From: the human T2T-CHM13v2.0 reference genome, Homo sapiens | Length of the DNA stretch: 64,000 bases | Assembly (NCBI RefSeq): GCF_009914755.1 | Contig: NC_060937.1 | Strand: one strand, 5' to 3' | Part shown: in pieces, positions 57,815 to 64,000 of the stretch | Layout of the letters: each line of letters begins with the position of its first letter | Position numbering within the stretch: the first letter of the stretch is position 1 | Program-made: the position numbers and the translations under genes | Notes under the pieces: generated by a model | What the model saw: the letters and a program-made list of their open reading frames with translations, nothing else | Told to the model about the DNA's origin: nothing | The model's database searches: none

Positions 57815-58435
57815 TAACTTCGATTTTAGGGGTACATGTGCAGGTTTGTTATATAGGTAACTCGTGACTCAGGGTTTTGATGCTCAGATTATTTTTCCAC
57901 CTAGGTACTAAGCCTAATACCTAATAGTTGGTTTTTTCCAAACAGCTCTCTCCTCCTACCCTCTACCCTCAAGTAGGCCCCAGTATGTGTTGTTCCCCTC
58001 TGTGTCTTTGTGTTCTCATCATTTCGCTGCTGCTTATACGTGGGAAAATGCAGTGTTTGATTTTCTGTTCCTGTTAGTTTGCTGAGGATAATGGCCTCCG
58101 GCTCCATCCATGTTCCTATAAAGGACATGATCTTGTTGTTTTTTTATTGCTGCGTAGTATTCCGTGGTGTATATGTACCACATTTTCTTTAGTCTATCAT
58201 TGACAGGTATCTAGGTTGCTTCTATGTCTTTGCTATTGTGAATAGTGCTTCAGTGAACATATGTGTGCATGTGTCTTTATGGTAGAATGATTTATATTTT
58301 TTTGGGTATATACCCCGTAATGGGACTGCTGGGTCAAATGGTAGTTCTTGGAGGAGTTGTCACAATGCTTTTCACAATAGTTAGACTAATTTACACTCCC
58401 ACCAGCAGTGTATAAGCATTCCCTTTTCTCTGCAA
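57815..58435 (-). mobile_element. Older L1PA 3' end
   Basis: GGGTACATGTGCAGGTTTGTTATATAGGTAA...TTTACACTCCCACCAGCAGTGTATAAGC. Confidence 0.85.
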
Positions 58436-59514
58436 GGTGTTTTGATTTAATGGAAAAAAAGGAAAAACGTTTATTTCCTCAAGAACATCTCAAATGTATA
58501 AACATCTGCCATGTCCTAATAGAGCTTATAATAAAATCTTGTCACTAGGGGCAGATTGTAGAAGTTCTAAATGCCTAGTTTGAGAACTTTTAACGAGCCT
58601 TCTTATGGAAGTACATTTTGTGAATTTTCTATTTGTTAATCTGATCTCTGAACCAAAATTCCCTCTGGACATGGACCTGTTGTTCCATATCCCCACATCA
58701 TACCTGGAGGACTCTAAACCCTCTCTCCAATGAGAGACCCCTTTCCGCAGCCCGGTGAGGAGCTTTGAGCAGTTTCCAGTCTAGGAACCAGGAGAGGAAC
58801 TAGACCTTCCTCCTTCTTAAGCCTCTGTGGAAGACCCTGTCCCTGTGCCCCGTGGCTGTGGCACTTCCCAACGGCTGAGCCTGTGCTTTAACTGTGTTCT
58901 CATAGCTGCCCTCATCCTAAACCCCAAAAACCAGAGGGGCCGAGAGAAGAGGTGTGGCCCCCCCCACCCCGGCTGACACAGCCTCCTTTGTATCACATCC
59001 ATGAGGTGAACCCAGGGTCCAGTGTCCTCCGCAATAGACTTCCAGCTTCTGAAACCAAGGGACAAAGGTACAAAAGAGTGACTCCCTGGTTCTTGGTGTT
59101 GCAACCCCGGGATGATGAGTCAACCGTGCTCGCTCAGCTGAGAATACTGCTCTTTCTCTCACTGTCCTCAAGGAAGAATGTGGAAAGGTTCCTCAGGCCT
59201 GACCCTTGTTTTTATTTCCTTATCGGCTCACCTGGGACACCTACCCACTTTCTCATCCTGCAAAGCATAGAATCAAGACGCAACTGTGTCTGAGAGCTTC
59301 TGCCTCCACCATGGGAACACACCTGGCTGGGAAGTCTTAGCTCCAAAGTTCTACACCAGGCCCCCAGTCATCAGCAGCTCCACCATGGGGAATAGAGTAG
59401 CAGTCCCATTTTCTAGGGAGGATTCCTGGTAGCTCAACTAGCCCATTGAGTAAGCCCTGTTTGTTCTTCATGGAATGGTTCAGTAACTCAAAGGGCAGTA
59501 GAAAAAAATTATTA

Positions 59515-59865
<351 letters not shown>

Positions 59866-60169
59866 TCAGGACATTTTGTAAGAGACGTGAAAGACCATGC
59901 AAACATTTAGCATTCCATCCAAACTGGGCAAACCTAAAGTAGGCAAACCCTCCTGCTCAGACAAACACTCCTAGTTGCTGCTTTCACTGGTCTCATAGTA
60001 CCTCATTTTCCTCAACTCTAACTCGGAGTGGAAGAGTGTTGTTTACGGGCTTATGTTCCTGCCCCCTGAGGATATAATTTCTTCAGGCAGGATTATTTTT
60101 ATCCTCACATGGTTAAGTAAATACCTGCATAGATATGCAATTCAGGTGCATCCTGGCCAGCCCAGCTGA

Positions 60170-60523
<354 letters not shown>

Positions 60524-60730
60524 ATCCCTACGTTAAGACGGCACCGGCAGACTAATTCTCAAGTTCTACCTGCTAATTTACCCAATGCTTCATCATCACG
60601 GACATGTACCCACATGGACAAGCCAGGGCCCAGACTGTACTAGACCTTCCCACAGCCTAATTTTAGGGCACAGTGGCAACATGTTCACATGGGCAGGGGT
60701 CAAAAAAAAGAACCCAGGGGATCTTTAGAG

Positions 60731-60915
60731 TCGTGGTTCTCAAAGCGTGGGCCTGGGAGCAGCAGCATCACACCACGTGGGAACGTGGTCAAATGTCAGT
60801 GCATGAGCTCTACCCTGCACCTGAGACTCTAGGCAAGAGGCCCAGCGAGCCCCACTGCTGGAACAAGCCCTCACTCAGATAAGCCTGATGCATGTTCAAG
60901 TTTGAAAAACGCTGA
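60731..60915. mobile_element. MER5A-like element
   Basis: GTGGTTCTCAAAGCGTGG...GCAGCAGCATCA...AAGTTTGAAAAACGCTG. Confidence 0.65.
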
Positions 60916-61639
60916 CTTAGAGCAATATTAGCCCAAAAGAACCCAATGTTAGAAGTTCTCTTTTCTTGCTGCTGGCTAGGAGGAGGTGAGTTCCCCCGAA
61001 GGTCATATGCCAAAGGCTTCCTTCAGTGTGGGACCACCTCTATAGCTTGCAGCAGGGACACCAGCTGCCCTGGTACTTCAATATTGTTCTTCGGTTGACT
61101 CAAGAGTTGACAGGAGGAGGAGAGAATGTGGAGGGACGCACCAGGTGTGAGGGACCTTCACAGCCCATCCATCATTTTAAGCTCAGGCAGCTGACTTGGA
61201 AAAACCTATCAGAATCACAAACAAGGCCAGCCAGGAGGCTGAGATCTGGTGGGGCAGGAAGAGAATAAAGTATCCTACTTTAAGTGAGTGAGTATCTCCA
61301 ATCAACCTGGAGGTCTTGGCAGATAGAGGCAGGTGCTTGCTGCATTGAACCTGAAGCCTTGTACCTAATTTTCAGAGTCCATTTAGCATAGTCTTGCTAA
61401 GCTTTGGATAAGGGAGTGAGGTGGGGTGGGAGGAAAGAGATCAAATAGTCAAAACCTTCAGCAAAAGCACCCCCAGCCCTATGATCCTACGAAGGCTTCG
61501 GAGGCTGCTTTTTCTTACTGACGCTTCTTCCCAGCATATAAGAAGTTTTCTGCTATTCAGAGACTGAATTCAACCTGACAGCCCTTGGGAAAAGAACATC
61601 TCTCCACCCCAGGCTCTGAGAACCACACAGATACCTTGG

Positions 61640-62340
<701 letters not shown>

Positions 62341-62431
62341 CAAAGCAACTTCTATTTATTCTGTTAACTGTTGTGGATTCTCCTTGCCTCTGTTACTAAG
62401 TCTAATAAATGCCTTAATGGTATGATTCTGA

Positions 62432-63026
<595 letters not shown>

Positions 63027-64000
63027 TAACAACCATTAAACAATTTTTTTTTCATTTACTAACTAACCCTTGATATTGAAAAGTTAGGACTTCAGTAAAA
63101 ATCAAATCGGTTTTTGCATATCAACTTTTTTGTTGCTATTCACATGCTATGTCAATCTCAGTTGCAAACAGAGAGGACCAGTTGCAGACTAGAACGCATC
63201 AATTCATTTGGAAAGGAGGCTTCAAATCTAACTCTGTATTCCTTCACCAATAACCAGGCAGCTGCCTCTAACAGCTCTCGGGATTGGATCTGCTGGAAAT
63301 GCTAAACACGGGTCATAAATTCCAACTCAACAAGGATGCTGCTCAGGTATTTGGTATTTGATGATCAACAGAAATAGTTCAGAGCACCTCCCAGCAAAGT
63401 TGCATAGAGTGACAGGTGGGACTTGTTTGAGGGCGGGACCCAGAACTGCAGCCCAGGAATCTGCCTGCAGAGCTGAGCTCGGCCACAGTCTCCGCCAGAG
63501 AGGGAAGTTGCAGGTCTTTCTGGAACAGGCACAACTGGCTACAATTAGAAGTCCAAAGTGTGAACCACTCACTGCTTCTCCTTAGGAACCACCACATGCT
63601 GTGTCCGGCAGGCATTCTGAGAGCCAGAGGACGGCTGCACCCTGGGGCTGGGCACTGACACACATCACTCCACCAGGACCACTGAGGCAGCCACCGACCG
63701 ACATTCCTGTCTACAGGCTCAGATCCCCCTCAACAACGTGGCCACATCTTCTGCAAAATGCTGGCCGGGGGCATCCATGGCACAACTTTGGGAAGCTGAC
63801 TGGGCTTCCTCATCTTTAAGAAAGCAGCGGGCTGGGCTGCTCCCAGCAGCTCTGGCTCTGCTTCCGTTCATTCTCTCTGGGTCTGCCTTAGTTCCAGGGT
63901 GATTAATTCGGAAGCGGGGCAGGAGTCAAGTTGCCTCCTAGCTGTTTTGCTGACGCTCCAGCCCCATCAAGAGCCAGCTCCTCACCTTCTGTAAGGCACA

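Overview
Human (primate) genomic DNA, apparently the SLC15A1 (PEPT1, intestinal H+/oligopeptide cotransporter) locus, which established knowledge places at 13q32. The gene runs on the minus strand. Coding exons 2-20 were traced with canonical GT-AG boundaries and a continuous frame (c.5-c.1683). Exon 1 lies beyond the right edge and exons 21-23 beyond the left edge. Introns are packed with Alu, L1, MaLR/ERV LTRs and DNA-transposon relics. Most ORFs in the supplied track are repeat-derived artefacts. No new gene system was found. The most notable observations: (i) the published 208-aa hPEPT1-RF isoform appears reproducible only by deleting one base in each of two intronic homopolymers; (ii) a full MaLR provirus whose 5' LTR hosts an Alu and an internally deleted L1PA; (iii) a 78-bp TSD-flanked retrocopy of an LTR poly(A) end; (iv) a recursive-splice-like CAG|GTAAAG at exon 18; (v) a Tigger3 fragment with strongly AT-to-GC-skewed substitutions. 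Repeat boundaries are approximate and family names come from recalled consensus sequences, not a search.
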